This document shows, in pieces, positions 30,499 to 39,868 of a DNA stretch of 64,000 nucleotides; position 1 is the stretch's first letter; each line of letters begins with the position of its first letter. The notes under the pieces are model-generated. The model made no database searches. It was not told the origin of the DNA and saw only the letters and a list, made by a program, of their open reading frames with translations. The position numbers and the translations under genes are program-made. The DNA is taken from NCBI GenBank assembly GCA_964475465.1, contig CAYYXA010000005.1, positions 5,202-69,201 on the forward strand, read 5' to 3'. This DNA is from an uncultured Brevinematales bacterium (GTDB taxonomy: Bacteria; Spirochaetota; Brevinematia; DTOW01).

Positions 30499-32253
30499 AT
30501 GCATAGGAAATTCTTTAATCTACTTATTTTTCTCGCTTTTTTATCAAGTTTTGCCTTTAGCCAGGAACAAGCAGTAGAAAAAATAACTGTTAGTGACAAA
30601 GATCCAAAGTGGTGGAACGAAGTTTTCACTGTTGAGAACCTACCAAATTGGGCTAACGGAATAGGATACGAAATATTCGTAAGGAGTTTTTATGATTCAA
30701 ACGGTGATGGTATAGGTGATTTCAACGGAATAACACAAAAGCTAGATTATTTAAAATCCTTAGGAGTAACGCACATCTGGCTAATGCCTATTCATCCTTC
30801 TAAAAACTACCACGGATACGATGTTTTAGATTACTATGCTGTTAATCCTCAATATGGAACAATGGAAGATTTCGAAAACCTAATCAAGGAAGCACACAAA
30901 AGAGGAATAAAAATTTTGATAGACTTTGTTTACAACCACACTTCAAAAGATCATCCTTGGTTCATAGATTCAGCCACTAACGAAAATTCAAAATACAAAG
31001 ATTGGTACGTATGGACAAATATTGATCCAGGTGATTGGCCTAACCCCACAGGTCAATCAAAACAAAGAGTTTGGAACAAATTTGATTTTGTTAAAGGATC
31101 TTATAGAGAAGGATGGTATTTCTACTCAGCATTTAACTTTACCATACCCGATTTGAATTTAGAAAACCCCGAAGTTGTAAATGAGCTAAAGAAAATAGCT
31201 AAGTTCTGGCTTGACAAAGGTGTTGATGGTTTCAGGATAGATGCAGCAAGATTTGCAATAGCTAAAGGGCCAGATACACAAGCAGATACACCCCAAACTA
31301 TAGCTTTCTGGAAAGATTTTATGGGATACCTCAAGAAGATAAAACCCGATATATACGTCATCGCTGAGATTTTTGCAGGCCCAGACATAGTTCAAAAATA
31401 CTACCAAGACGGTACAACATTCTCCCAAGGGTTCAACTTCGAGTTCTCAACTTCATTCGTCATACCCCTTCTAGTAGCATCAAGAACAAAAGTTCCTACC
31501 GGCAAAATGTTAAGCTGGTACAACAACAAGGCAGTTCCTATTACTTTCCTCTCACCATTCCTTTCAAACCATGATGTTGGAAGATTTGCAAGCAAAATAA
31601 GAAGTGAAGACTCTCACAAAATAGCCCTAACGTTGTTATTAACAACACCTGGAGGGTTACCATTTCTTTACTACGGAGACGAAATAGGCCTTCCAGAAGA
31701 CTCAAAAGTTATAATAGGTGATGCTAACATGAGAAGCATAATGATGTGGACAGATGAACCATTCGGCGGCTTCACTAAAGGTACTAGAATATGGCACGCA
31801 AGATTTGATACTAACCTCGTCAAAATCTCTGTCAAAGTACAGGAAAACAACCCTAATTCAATACTTAACTACTACAAAAAGCTAGTAGACGTAAGAAATT
31901 CCTCAAAAGCTCTTTCACAAGTTGCTGACTTCAAAGTGCTGACAACTTCTGATCCGATACTTGCATACGCTAGAAAGTATGAAAATGAGTACGCAATAAT
32001 AATTTGTAACCTATCTAAAAGAGACACTAAAGATGTAGTTCTGGACTTAACAGAAGTTCTTAAAGATGTAAACTACAATAAAGGTATTTCATCCTCAATT
32101 GACACAGATGTCAACTCAATAGGTCAAAAACTAGCATCAACAGGACAAACAGAGATAACTTTAAAACCTAAAGAGATAATCACTTTAACGTTCAAATCAA
32201 ACAAACCTACTAAAGAAGAACCCAAAAAACAAACAAAATCAAAGGGGAAATAG
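30499..32253 (+). CDS. Secreted GH13 alpha-amylase / alpha-glucosidase-family enzyme with a Lys-rich C-terminal tail.
   Basis: Signal peptide MHRKFFNLLIFLAFLSSFAFSQE. GH13 regions: GDFNGITQKLDYLKSLGVTHIWLMPI, ILIDFVYNHTS, GVDGFRIDAARF, IAEIFAG, FLSNHD. RBS GGAGG at -6. Confidence 0.8.
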   Translation: MHRKFFNLLIFLAFLSSFAFSQEQAVEKITVSDKDPKWWNEVFTVENLPNWANGIGYEIFVRSFYDSNGDGIGDFNGITQKLDYLKSLGVTHIWLMPIHPSKNYHGYDVLDYYAVNPQYGTMEDFENLIKEAHKRGIKILIDFVYNHTSKDHPWFIDSATNENSKYKDWYVWTNIDPGDWPNPTGQSKQRVWNKFDFVKGSYREGWYFYSAFNFTIPDLNLENPEVVNELKKIAKFWLDKGVDGFRIDAARFAIAKGPDTQADTPQTIAFWKDFMGYLKKIKPDIYVIAEIFAGPDIVQKYYQDGTTFSQGFNFEFSTSFVIPLLVASRTKVPTGKMLSWYNNKAVPITFLSPFLSNHDVGRFASKIRSEDSHKIALTLLLTTPGGLPFLYYGDEIGLPEDSKVIIGDANMRSIMMWTDEPFGGFTKGTRIWHARFDTNLVKISVKVQENNPNSILNYYKKLVDVRNSSKALSQVADFKVLTTSDPILAYARKYENEYAIIICNLSKRDTKDVVLDLTEVLKDVNYNKGISSSIDTDVNSIGQKLASTGQTEITLKPKEIITLTFKSNKPTKEEPKKQTKSKGK

Positions 32254-32268
32254 TTTATAAAGTTTTAC

Positions 32269-32285
32269 CGGGGGCAAAGCCCCCG
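32269..32285 (+). terminator. GC-rich hairpin after the secreted amylase gene.
   Basis: CGGGGGC-AAA-GCCCCCG, a 7-bp perfect stem, 16 nt after the stop. The same hairpin sequence recurs at 47749-47770. Confidence 0.45.
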
Positions 32286-32724
32286 CTCCACTAAGCACAG
32301 TCAAAATCTTAAAAAAAGCAAACTTCCAATAAACAATTCCTCTTAAGCCAATAAAGGAATGTTAGGAATACCAATTGGTTCCAGGTCATAAATATTTGAA
32401 TCAAAAACCTTAATAAAAGTATTTAAAGAATAGAGTAGGTTATATACCAAGACATATACCCTTATAAAGCCTACTAAATTTAAATTCCCCTATCGTTGGT
32501 ACTACGTACACTCACTTCTAAGTAACCTATTCAGATTTTCAGAAATAAAAGTAATTATACCCTTTTATATTTCAAGCTAACCAAGGTAAAAACAATGGCA
32601 AGTATCGCTTAAATATAGTTATAAATTCAAAAGCTTAGAGATGCAATTCTGTTAATGCTAATCACTAAAGGTCAAACACTATCTAGGGACGTAAAGTACC
32701 TTATGCTAAGAATACAAAAACAAA

Positions 32725-33435
32725 TTACAAAGAAGAAAGAAGTTTCTTTAGGTGCTTTATTTCATTCTCATCAACTACAGGCTCAGAATCATTGAATGGT
32801 AAACTGAGACCTTTTTCTATAATTTCTCTTGCTTTCTTTTTATCACCAATGCTTATGAGAAATTCAGCATAAAACCTATAAGACATTCTGTTACCATACT
32901 TCACAGCTTCCTCAAAATCTTTCTGAGCTTTACTCTTATCTCCTACACTCACGGGCCAACCTGGAGCCTTGTGATAAACTCTACCTCTAATAGCGTAAGC
33001 AGATCCATTTCTGAATTTAGGATCTAAACTTATAACTTTAGTCATTTCATCAATTATAGGTCCTGCCAAAAAGAGACTGTTCATTACACCAGTAACCTCA
33101 GCCCACGAACCATAGGCAACACCTAGATAATAATGGCCTTCAACCCCCTTAGGATTTTCTTTGGTAGCAAACAAAGCTGTATCCTTTGCCTCTTCAAATA
33201 TCTTTTTCTTCTCCTCTACCCCTTTGACAAAATAATTTCCGAAAAACCTAGCAACGGCAGAAAATTTCCAAGCGGAATCGTAGTCTTTCTTTGAAAGGTA
33301 CTCTGCTTTGTAAAAATCATAAGCTCTTTTAGTTTCATCGTAATTCGTAAGAGATCTAAATATATCTATCCCAAATCCATAGCTAGCAAAACAAACAAAA
33401 AGGGCAGCAAAAACAAAAAGAAATTCCTTTCTCAT
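32725..33435 (-). CDS. Secreted TPR-like repeat protein.
   Basis: Signal peptide MRKEFLFVFAALFVCFASYG. Helical repeat-like segments (YYLGVAYGSWAEVTG, AIRGRVYHKA). Confidence 0.4.
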   Translation of the reverse strand: MRKEFLFVFAALFVCFASYGFGIDIFRSLTNYDETKRAYDFYKAEYLSKKDYDSAWKFSAVARFFGNYFVKGVEEKKKIFEEAKDTALFATKENPKGVEGHYYLGVAYGSWAEVTGVMNSLFLAGPIIDEMTKVISLDPKFRNGSAYAIRGRVYHKAPGWPVSVGDKSKAQKDFEEAVKYGNRMSYRFYAEFLISIGDKKKAREIIEKGLSLPFNDSEPVVDENEIKHLKKLLSSL

Positions 33436-33510
33436 AAATCCCTCCTTACAGGTATCATACTAATCAAGAAGTAGAATTTCAACAAATCACAAAGTATCAT
33501 TATATAAAAC

Positions 33511-34068
33511 ATGAAGAAACAAATAAGAACACATGTACTAAATAGGAGAAATGCAATTCATCCATTGGAACAAATAGAGTATTCAGCCAAAATAATATTA
33601 AACCTTACTAGCTCGAATCCATGGAAAAATGCCAAAAGTGTTATGTTATACATGTCAATAGGCTCCGAAGTGTTTACATTGCCTTTGCTATCCAAAGCAA
33701 TAGAAGAAAGCAAGAAAATAATCTTACCGAAAGTAAAGGGGAAGCACATAATTCCCATAGAAGTGAATGAAAAGTTCAAATTAATCAGTAGCTTTGGTGG
33801 TATACTCGAACCCGAAGCAGAGGAAGTATATACAGGCACAATCGATCTATGCATAGTACCACTAGTTGCGTTCGATGATAAAGGATATAGGTTAGGATAC
33901 GGAGGAGGTTATTACGATAGATTTCTCAAAGAATACGAAAGCAAAATAAAACTCAAACTAGGATTAGCATACGAAAAACAGAAAATTGAAGGAATACCTG
34001 CTGAGGAACATGATGTTACGCTTGACGCTATATGCACCGAGAACAGAATAATACTATTTAGAAAGTAG
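33511..34068 (+). CDS. 5-formyltetrahydrofolate cyclo-ligase.
   Basis: Family signature GYRLGYGGGYYDRFL. 185 aa. Confidence 0.8.
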   Translation: MKKQIRTHVLNRRNAIHPLEQIEYSAKIILNLTSSNPWKNAKSVMLYMSIGSEVFTLPLLSKAIEESKKIILPKVKGKHIIPIEVNEKFKLISSFGGILEPEAEEVYTGTIDLCIVPLVAFDDKGYRLGYGGGYYDRFLKEYESKIKLKLGLAYEKQKIEGIPAEEHDVTLDAICTENRIILFRK

Positions 34069-36553
34069 TCCTTCTGTATTTGTAAGTTGAAATATTGAAT
34101 CTCTCACAAACGTCCAATAATTTCTTCACTTTCTCTAACTTCTCTTTATCTCCTTGGGCTTCTTGAATAAGCTTTAGTATGCCCGTAGGAGACTCCAAAA
34201 ACCCATAAAGCTTATCTTCTATTTCCCTTCTGTTATATATTTCTACTCCAGCCTGAGAAGCAAAATCTGTTACATCAATTATTTCTTCACATCCTGATTC
34301 ACCATTAGACAATATCACCTCATCTACCTTCTTACTCAAAAACTCATAAAGAGCTTTTTGCAAAGATATAAGAGGTACCTCCAGATTGTTCGCTTTTGAA
34401 ATCTTTATGACCTTGAGCAAATAGTAAGTATTTATCTCTTTACCCTCAAGCAACAATTGCGATTGAGTATCCACATACTCCTTGAACAAGTAAGAAATAA
34501 GAACTCTCTCCTCTTCTGGCAGTTTTACACCCAGCAAATAGTAACTCTCTATAACTTTCAGGTAGTCCGAAATGTCAAAGTCTGTTCTTAATCTCAACGA
34601 CTTAAACTGCTTTTCAAAAAGTTTGTAGAGAATGGACTCCCTGACCTCATACTTAAGATCGAGTAGAGTATATCCTCCAGAAAACCAATCATTGAAAAAC
34701 CTCTTTACCTTTGGTAATTCCAACTCTTTTATAACCTTCTCAATATAATTCTCAATGCCATCGTACAAATGTTCCTTAGTATAGATGTATACTTCACCAG
34801 TTCCATAAGAAATGAAGATATAATATATATAGTCTGTCCTCTCTAGTGTTATATTGTTAACTAATTTCACCACCCCACCTAAAACTTCAAAACCATCAGA
34901 AACAAAAGAATTACTCCTTTGTGGAACAATCGTATAAAAGTAATAATTTTCAGGCTTCTGAATACTTTTCTCACCTAGAAGATACTTATACAACACATAT
35001 TGGGAAACTATTTTTTCTGGGGTAAACCTATATTTTTCTATCCAATTTTCGAATATCCACCTACCATCATTAAATTGTCTTATATTACTTTTAGCTCTAC
35101 TCAAAATATCTAGAAACTTATCTTTCACTTCAGCTCTTATGTGGTCTCTGAGTAAATAGAAGATATAGGATGCATATCTCATTACCTGCACCGTCTCAAT
35201 ACCTGAGATATCAGCGAAAAACCAACCGCAACTCGTATACATAAGCATTTCATTATACAAAGCTTCAAGAAACTTTAAAACAGTTTCCTTTTGTTCTTTA
35301 GTTAATTCTCGAGTTTTATGCCTATCCAAAAACTCTTCGATATACTTCTCCCACTGGTTCGGTGACACAGAAGAGCGTATAAAAACTAAATCTATGTAAT
35401 CATTTCTAGCTTTCCATATATCCTTAAGATAAGAACCTACTGTAATTTCAGCCAAAGAATAAAGCTCATCTCTGAGGTAATCAAAAGCATTTCTCAGTGG
35501 CTCTCTCCAAGCTTGATTCCAACCAGGCTGACTACCCGTAGTACACCCACAATCCCTATACCACCTATCAACTCCGTGAGCACAACTCCAAGAAGTTCCT
35601 AAATTATTGTGCCCCTTTTTAAGTATAACCTCCTGAGACGGCTTAACTATATCTAAAACATTAGCAAAGTTTGTAAAGTTAAATACCTTTTCCCGCTCGT
35701 TCATTACTATCAAGTAAGAAAGGCACATATCACCAAACGGTTCATGATGTCCGTATACTTCACCATCTGTCGCTATCGAAACAAAAACTTTTGGACCATG
35801 TAAATGAGCAACTTGAGACAAAATAGCCGATTTGAAGCCTTCTGCACTCCTTAGAAGATGATTAAAGCTAACAGAGTGTGACAAATAACCGTTGTAGAAG
35901 AATACAGCTATCTCACCGTTTGGTTCCTTTAAAACGTATGGCTTAGAAAAATCTATATTCCCCTTTGAGACATCAACCCAACTCTGACCAACTTTAACCT
36001 TTTCAACTTGATGAGGTGAAAGTATTATAAATTTTATACCGTAGTCTATCAAAAATTGCACAACAATGTCATTAACAGCTGCCTCAGGCAACCATATCCC
36101 CTCAGAAGGCCTACCAAACCTTTTTTCAAAATCTCTCAATCCCCACTCTATTTGTGTTATTTTATCTCTATCAGATGCCAACGGAAGTATCATGTGGTTA
36201 TAAGCCTGCGCTATAGCGTTACCATGCCCATTGTTTCTATTCCTACTATTATAATCCGCCTCAAGTATCTTCTCATAAACCTTCTTGTGATATTTTTCAA
36301 GATAACTAAGAAGAGTAGGACCAAAATTAAAACTTATGTACTCATAATTATTGACAATCCTTTCAATTCTACCAAAATCATTAAGAACCCTGGAGAAAGC
36401 CATTGATCTATAACATTCATCGGTTATTCTCTCGTTCCAATCATGCCAAGGATAAGCTGAATCCTGCAAATCAATCTCGCCAGTGTAAGGATCCTCTCTA
36501 GGTGGTTGGTAAAAATGCCCATGTATAACAAGATAAATCTCCTTATGTTCCAT
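34058..36553 (-). CDS. GH57-family glycoside hydrolase (alpha-amylase / 4-alpha-glucanotransferase / branching-enzyme-like) with a long C-terminal extension.
   Basis: N-terminal GH57 signature IHGHFYQPPRE plus WLPEAAV and catalytic-region blocks. 831 aa. Confidence 0.8.
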   Translation of the reverse strand: MEHKEIYLVIHGHFYQPPREDPYTGEIDLQDSAYPWHDWNERITDECYRSMAFSRVLNDFGRIERIVNNYEYISFNFGPTLLSYLEKYHKKVYEKILEADYNSRNRNNGHGNAIAQAYNHMILPLASDRDKITQIEWGLRDFEKRFGRPSEGIWLPEAAVNDIVVQFLIDYGIKFIILSPHQVEKVKVGQSWVDVSKGNIDFSKPYVLKEPNGEIAVFFYNGYLSHSVSFNHLLRSAEGFKSAILSQVAHLHGPKVFVSIATDGEVYGHHEPFGDMCLSYLIVMNEREKVFNFTNFANVLDIVKPSQEVILKKGHNNLGTSWSCAHGVDRWYRDCGCTTGSQPGWNQAWREPLRNAFDYLRDELYSLAEITVGSYLKDIWKARNDYIDLVFIRSSVSPNQWEKYIEEFLDRHKTRELTKEQKETVLKFLEALYNEMLMYTSCGWFFADISGIETVQVMRYASYIFYLLRDHIRAEVKDKFLDILSRAKSNIRQFNDGRWIFENWIEKYRFTPEKIVSQYVLYKYLLGEKSIQKPENYYFYTIVPQRSNSFVSDGFEVLGGVVKLVNNITLERTDYIYYIFISYGTGEVYIYTKEHLYDGIENYIEKVIKELELPKVKRFFNDWFSGGYTLLDLKYEVRESILYKLFEKQFKSLRLRTDFDISDYLKVIESYYLLGVKLPEEERVLISYLFKEYVDTQSQLLLEGKEINTYYLLKVIKISKANNLEVPLISLQKALYEFLSKKVDEVILSNGESGCEEIIDVTDFASQAGVEIYNRREIEDKLYGFLESPTGILKLIQEAQGDKEKLEKVKKLLDVCERFNISTYKYRRTTF

Positions 36554-36696
36554 AACTTAACCTCCAAATAGTTAAGTTATTATGATTATATATTCAACAA
36601 GAATATGTCAAATTTTTAGATTTGCTGAAAAATTCAAAATAAAAAAATATAATCCCCAAGGAAGTGCTCTAAAACCAAAAGTGATATTAAGTACAG

Positions 36697-37989
36697 TTAC
36701 AAACTTATTAATTCTCCTATTAAAGTACTGCCCCTAAGCTCTCTAACTCTAACATTAACAAACTTACCTACTAAGTTTTCATGTGACTCTACAGCTACAA
36801 TTTTATTATACACAGTCCTACCAATATATTGGTTCTTGTACTTACCTACATCCTCTACCAATATCTCAAAAGTTTTACCTACATCTTTTAAGTTGCTTTC
36901 ACGGCTTATTGAATGCTGAAGATTTATTAACCTCTGTATTCTTTCAGTTTTCACCTCTTCGGGTACCTGCTCCGGCATTGAGGCAGCAGGAGTACCTTCC
37001 CTAGGATTAAAAACAAACATGTATGAAAAGTCAAATCTCACCTCTTCAACAAGCTTCAAGGTCATCTTAAAATCTTCTTCTGTTTCTGATGGGAACCCCA
37101 CTATTATATCCGTTGAAATCGAAGCATCTGGCATCTTACTCCGTATGTAATTTATCATATCAACGTAATATTCAAAAGTGTAACCCCTTTTCATGAGCTT
37201 AAGTATCCTATTGGAACCACTCTGAACAGGCAAGTGGAAATACCTACATACCTTATCCAACTCAGATATCGTGTCAATCAAATCCCTCCTAAAGTTAACA
37301 GGATGAGATGTCAAAAACCTTATTCTCCTAAGGCCATCTATCTTGTTAACCTCTTTCAGAAGTTCCCTGAAAGAGGTACCTATATCCCTACCATAGGAAT
37401 TGACATTCTGCCCTAAAAGCAACACTTCAACAACTCCATTATCAACAAGTCTCTTTATATCATCTATTATATCGTTCATCGGTCTGCTCACTTCCCTACC
37501 TCTAGTCTTAGGAACAATGCAATAAGTACAAGCGTGATTACAACCATGTATTATTGTGACAGAAGCCTTAAATGGGTAAACATAATCAATAGCTGAAGGC
37601 AAAAACTCATATCTATCCATTCTTATATCTACAACTTGATTTTGCCCAGTCATTATGGCTTCAAGCATCCTACTCCTACTATACGTCCCAAAAACACCAC
37701 TTATATGCGGAGCCTCCCTCAATAACTTCTCTCCCCAGTTCTGGGCCATACACCCAGTAACAAAAATTCTAAGGTTCGGCTTTCTATTCTTCAACCCCTT
37801 AAGATAACCAAGTCTACCGAATACTCTCTCCTCGGCAGTATTCCTAACACTACACGTGTTTACGATTATAACATCAGCATCCTCCTCATTATCCGTGTAA
37901 TCAAGTCCAGAAGACTGTAATAACGTCCTAAGCTCAAAAGAATCAGACAAATTCATCTGACATCCATAAGTCTCTATGAAAAACTTCAT
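36697..37989 (-). CDS. miaB: tRNA methylthiotransferase MiaB (radical SAM with TRAM domain).
   Basis: N-terminal MTTase block ETYGCQMNLSD, radical-SAM cysteine triad (CNHACTYC), C-terminal TRAM domain. 430 aa. Confidence 0.8.
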   Translation of the reverse strand: MKFFIETYGCQMNLSDSFELRTLLQSSGLDYTDNEEDADVIIVNTCSVRNTAEERVFGRLGYLKGLKNRKPNLRIFVTGCMAQNWGEKLLREAPHISGVFGTYSRSRMLEAIMTGQNQVVDIRMDRYEFLPSAIDYVYPFKASVTIIHGCNHACTYCIVPKTRGREVSRPMNDIIDDIKRLVDNGVVEVLLLGQNVNSYGRDIGTSFRELLKEVNKIDGLRRIRFLTSHPVNFRRDLIDTISELDKVCRYFHLPVQSGSNRILKLMKRGYTFEYYVDMINYIRSKMPDASISTDIIVGFPSETEEDFKMTLKLVEEVRFDFSYMFVFNPREGTPAASMPEQVPEEVKTERIQRLINLQHSISRESNLKDVGKTFEILVEDVGKYKNQYIGRTVYNKIVAVESHENLVGKFVNVRVRELRGSTLIGELISL

Positions 37990-38222
37990 AGTCCCACCAA
38001 AAACATTATAAAAATACTATACAAATTGTAGAGATTTTTCCAATAATAAATCAAGTTAATTTACTGAACAAGTTAGAGTCACTCTTCGCTGGTTAAACCA
38101 GATTTTTTTTAAAAGTGTTACTACAAATATGCAACACCTTATAGCAGGAAGGCTACGTCTCTCCGTGCTCTTAAAAGATTTCCCGCCATAGCAATCTTAG
38201 ATAATACAAGCATCGAAAAGCT

Positions 38223-38777
38223 TCACTCAAACTCAATTTCTTCAGAAGGTATCAATTTAATATACCTATTTTTCCCGAAGTAAAATATAGGTGAGATTTT
38301 GCTTAAAATAGGTCTCTCATTTTGATCAAAAACATTAGGATCTATATGGACGGTCAAAACCTCTCCAATTATCAAATTATGGTCTCCAATCTCTTCATCC
38401 TTAACAACTTTACACTCATATACAGCATAAGAGATAGGAAGAATGACGATACCATCATTTTTACCTTCTTGTACAGGAATACCAAATTCAGAGATCTTAT
38501 CCACTTCTCTGCCAGAAACAGAACCTATGTCATTAACAAGTTTCAGGTATTCCCAGCTTAAGAAATTAGCAGAAAATTTCTGAGACTTCTTTATTAGCTC
38601 GTAGGTATACCTTTTCTTTGCTATCATTACAGCAAAATACCTAGGATTCGAAGATACTCCAGAATTCCAAGCAACCGGCATCAAATTGATTTTATCTTCA
38701 AACTTTGCAGCTACAACAGTAACAACATTAGGATAAAAATGGTAAAATCTATTACTTTTGCTTTCGACCAACGGCAT
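38223..38777 (-). CDS. Flavin reductase-like (FMN-binding split-barrel) domain protein.
   Basis: YPNVVTVVAAKFEDKINLMPVAW is typical of the flavin reductase-like domain. 184 aa. Confidence 0.65.
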   Translation of the reverse strand: MPLVESKSNRFYHFYPNVVTVVAAKFEDKINLMPVAWNSGVSSNPRYFAVMIAKKRYTYELIKKSQKFSANFLSWEYLKLVNDIGSVSGREVDKISEFGIPVQEGKNDGIVILPISYAVYECKVVKDEEIGDHNLIIGEVLTVHIDPNVFDQNERPILSKISPIFYFGKNRYIKLIPSEEIEFE

Positions 38778-38779
38778 AA

Positions 38780-39352
38780 TTATATTCTCTCGGCTTGATC
38801 AAAAGATATATTTACTGGTGTCTCTCTGTTGAATATTTCTACAATTACTTTTAGTTTGAATTTATCGTTGTGAACCTCTGCGACTCTTCCGACAAGTCCT
38901 TTAAATGGCCCATCCGTTATTCTTACTTGATCTCCTACCTCAAAAGTAGATGACAAATCCAAGAAAGCCTTACTTTTAAACTCTCCTATCCTTTCAAATA
39001 TTGACCTAACCTCTTCGAATGTCAGAGGCTTTGGTGGCTTTCTCAAAGATTTCGTACCGAGGAAACCAATAACCCCCCTTATCCTTCTTACTGCCGCCAT
39101 GAACTTCTCCAGAAGATGTTCATCCTGCGGCAAATCTAATTCCATCAATATATACCCAGGGTAAACTCTTTGTTTCTTAATAACCTTTTGATTAGTTTTC
39201 GGATTTTTTACCTCAACATTTTCAGTAGGTATCTTTACATTTATCACTATCTTTTTAAAATCATCGTTTTGCAATATTTCTTCCTTTATCCTATCAACAA
39301 CTTTATTCTCCATTCCCGAGATAGCTTGTAGTACATACCATGCTCTACCCAT
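38780..39352 (-). CDS. nusG: Transcription termination/antitermination factor NusG.
   Basis: NGN domain (WYVLQAISGMENKV) and KOW motif (FEVGDQVRITDGPFKGLVGRVAEV). Sits immediately downstream of secE. Confidence 0.9.
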   Translation of the reverse strand: MGRAWYVLQAISGMENKVVDRIKEEILQNDDFKKIVINVKIPTENVEVKNPKTNQKVIKKQRVYPGYILMELDLPQDEHLLEKFMAAVRRIRGVIGFLGTKSLRKPPKPLTFEEVRSIFERIGEFKSKAFLDLSSTFEVGDQVRITDGPFKGLVGRVAEVHNDKFKLKVIVEIFNRETPVNISFDQAERI

Positions 39353-39359
39353 AAAACAC

Positions 39360-39545
39360 CTACCTAAGAAGCAATCCTATCAAAGTAGAAGCTAAAAAAT
39401 CAACCAACCCTAAAATCACCGACAAGATTAATATAAAAACGATAGTAACGACAGAGGAAGCGATAACCTCTTCCTTGGAAGGCCAAGAAACCTTCCTCAT
39501 TTCATCCATCACACCTTTAAAAAAATTAACAAGCCTTCTAAGCAT
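39360..39545 (-). CDS. secE: Preprotein translocase subunit SecE.
   Basis: VMDEMRKVSWPSKEEV followed by a single TM helix. Start reset to the internal Met, because the track ORF start would overlap tRNA-Trp. Confidence 0.75.
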   Translation of the reverse strand: MLRRLVNFFKGVMDEMRKVSWPSKEEVIASSVVTIVFILILSVILGLVDFLASTLIGLLLR

Positions 39546-39557
39546 AACCCTATCCTT

Positions 39558-39632
39558 CAGGTCTGGTGGGACTCGAACCCACAACCTCCGGATTTGGAGT
39601 CCGGCGCTCTAACCAATTAGAGCTACAGACCT
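39558..39632 (-). tRNA. tRNA-Trp (anticodon CCA).
   Basis: The reverse complement gives acceptor AGGTCTG/CAGACCT, anticodon stem CCGGA/TCCGG with loop CTCCAAA, T-arm GTGGGTTCGAGTCCCAC, discriminator G. Conserved position upstream of secE-nusG. Confidence 0.85.
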
Positions 39633-39638
39633 AAGTAA

Positions 39639-39721
39639 TGGGGATGGAGGGACTCGAACCCTCACGGGTTTTCACCCAGGGGATTTTAAGTCCCCCGCGT
39701 CTGCCATTCCGCCACATCCCC
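39639..39721 (-). tRNA. tRNA-Leu (anticodon TAA) with a long variable arm.
   Basis: The reverse complement gives acceptor GGGGATG/CATCCCC, anticodon stem GGGGA/TCCCC with loop CTTAAAA, variable arm TGGGTGAAAACCCGT, T-arm GAGGGTTCGAGTCCCTC, discriminator A. Confidence 0.8.
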
Positions 39722-39790
39722 ATCAAAAAAATTATACAAAACAACAAAAGATAATTTCAAATTTTACGGATTATATGAAAAACTAAATCA

Positions 39791-39811
39791 CAGAGAGGCT
39801 CCGCCTCTCTG
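39791..39811 (-). terminator. Rho-independent terminator after pyrC.
   Basis: Perfect 9-bp stem CAGAGAGGC-TCC-GCCTCTCTG. On the minus strand it is followed by UGAUUUAGUUUUU. 58 nt after the pyrC stop. Confidence 0.6.
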
Positions 39812-39868
39812 CAAAGGAAAATTCAAAAATCCTGATAATCATTCACTCTAAGAAATATTGAGGAAAAA

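Noticed and set aside
39791-39811. PyrR-binding RNA motif next to pyrC (CAGAGAGGCU core).
   Set aside because: The element lies 3' of pyrC and is followed by a U-tract, so it acts as a terminator. An almost identical hairpin follows the unrelated trxB/redoxin operon at 7671.
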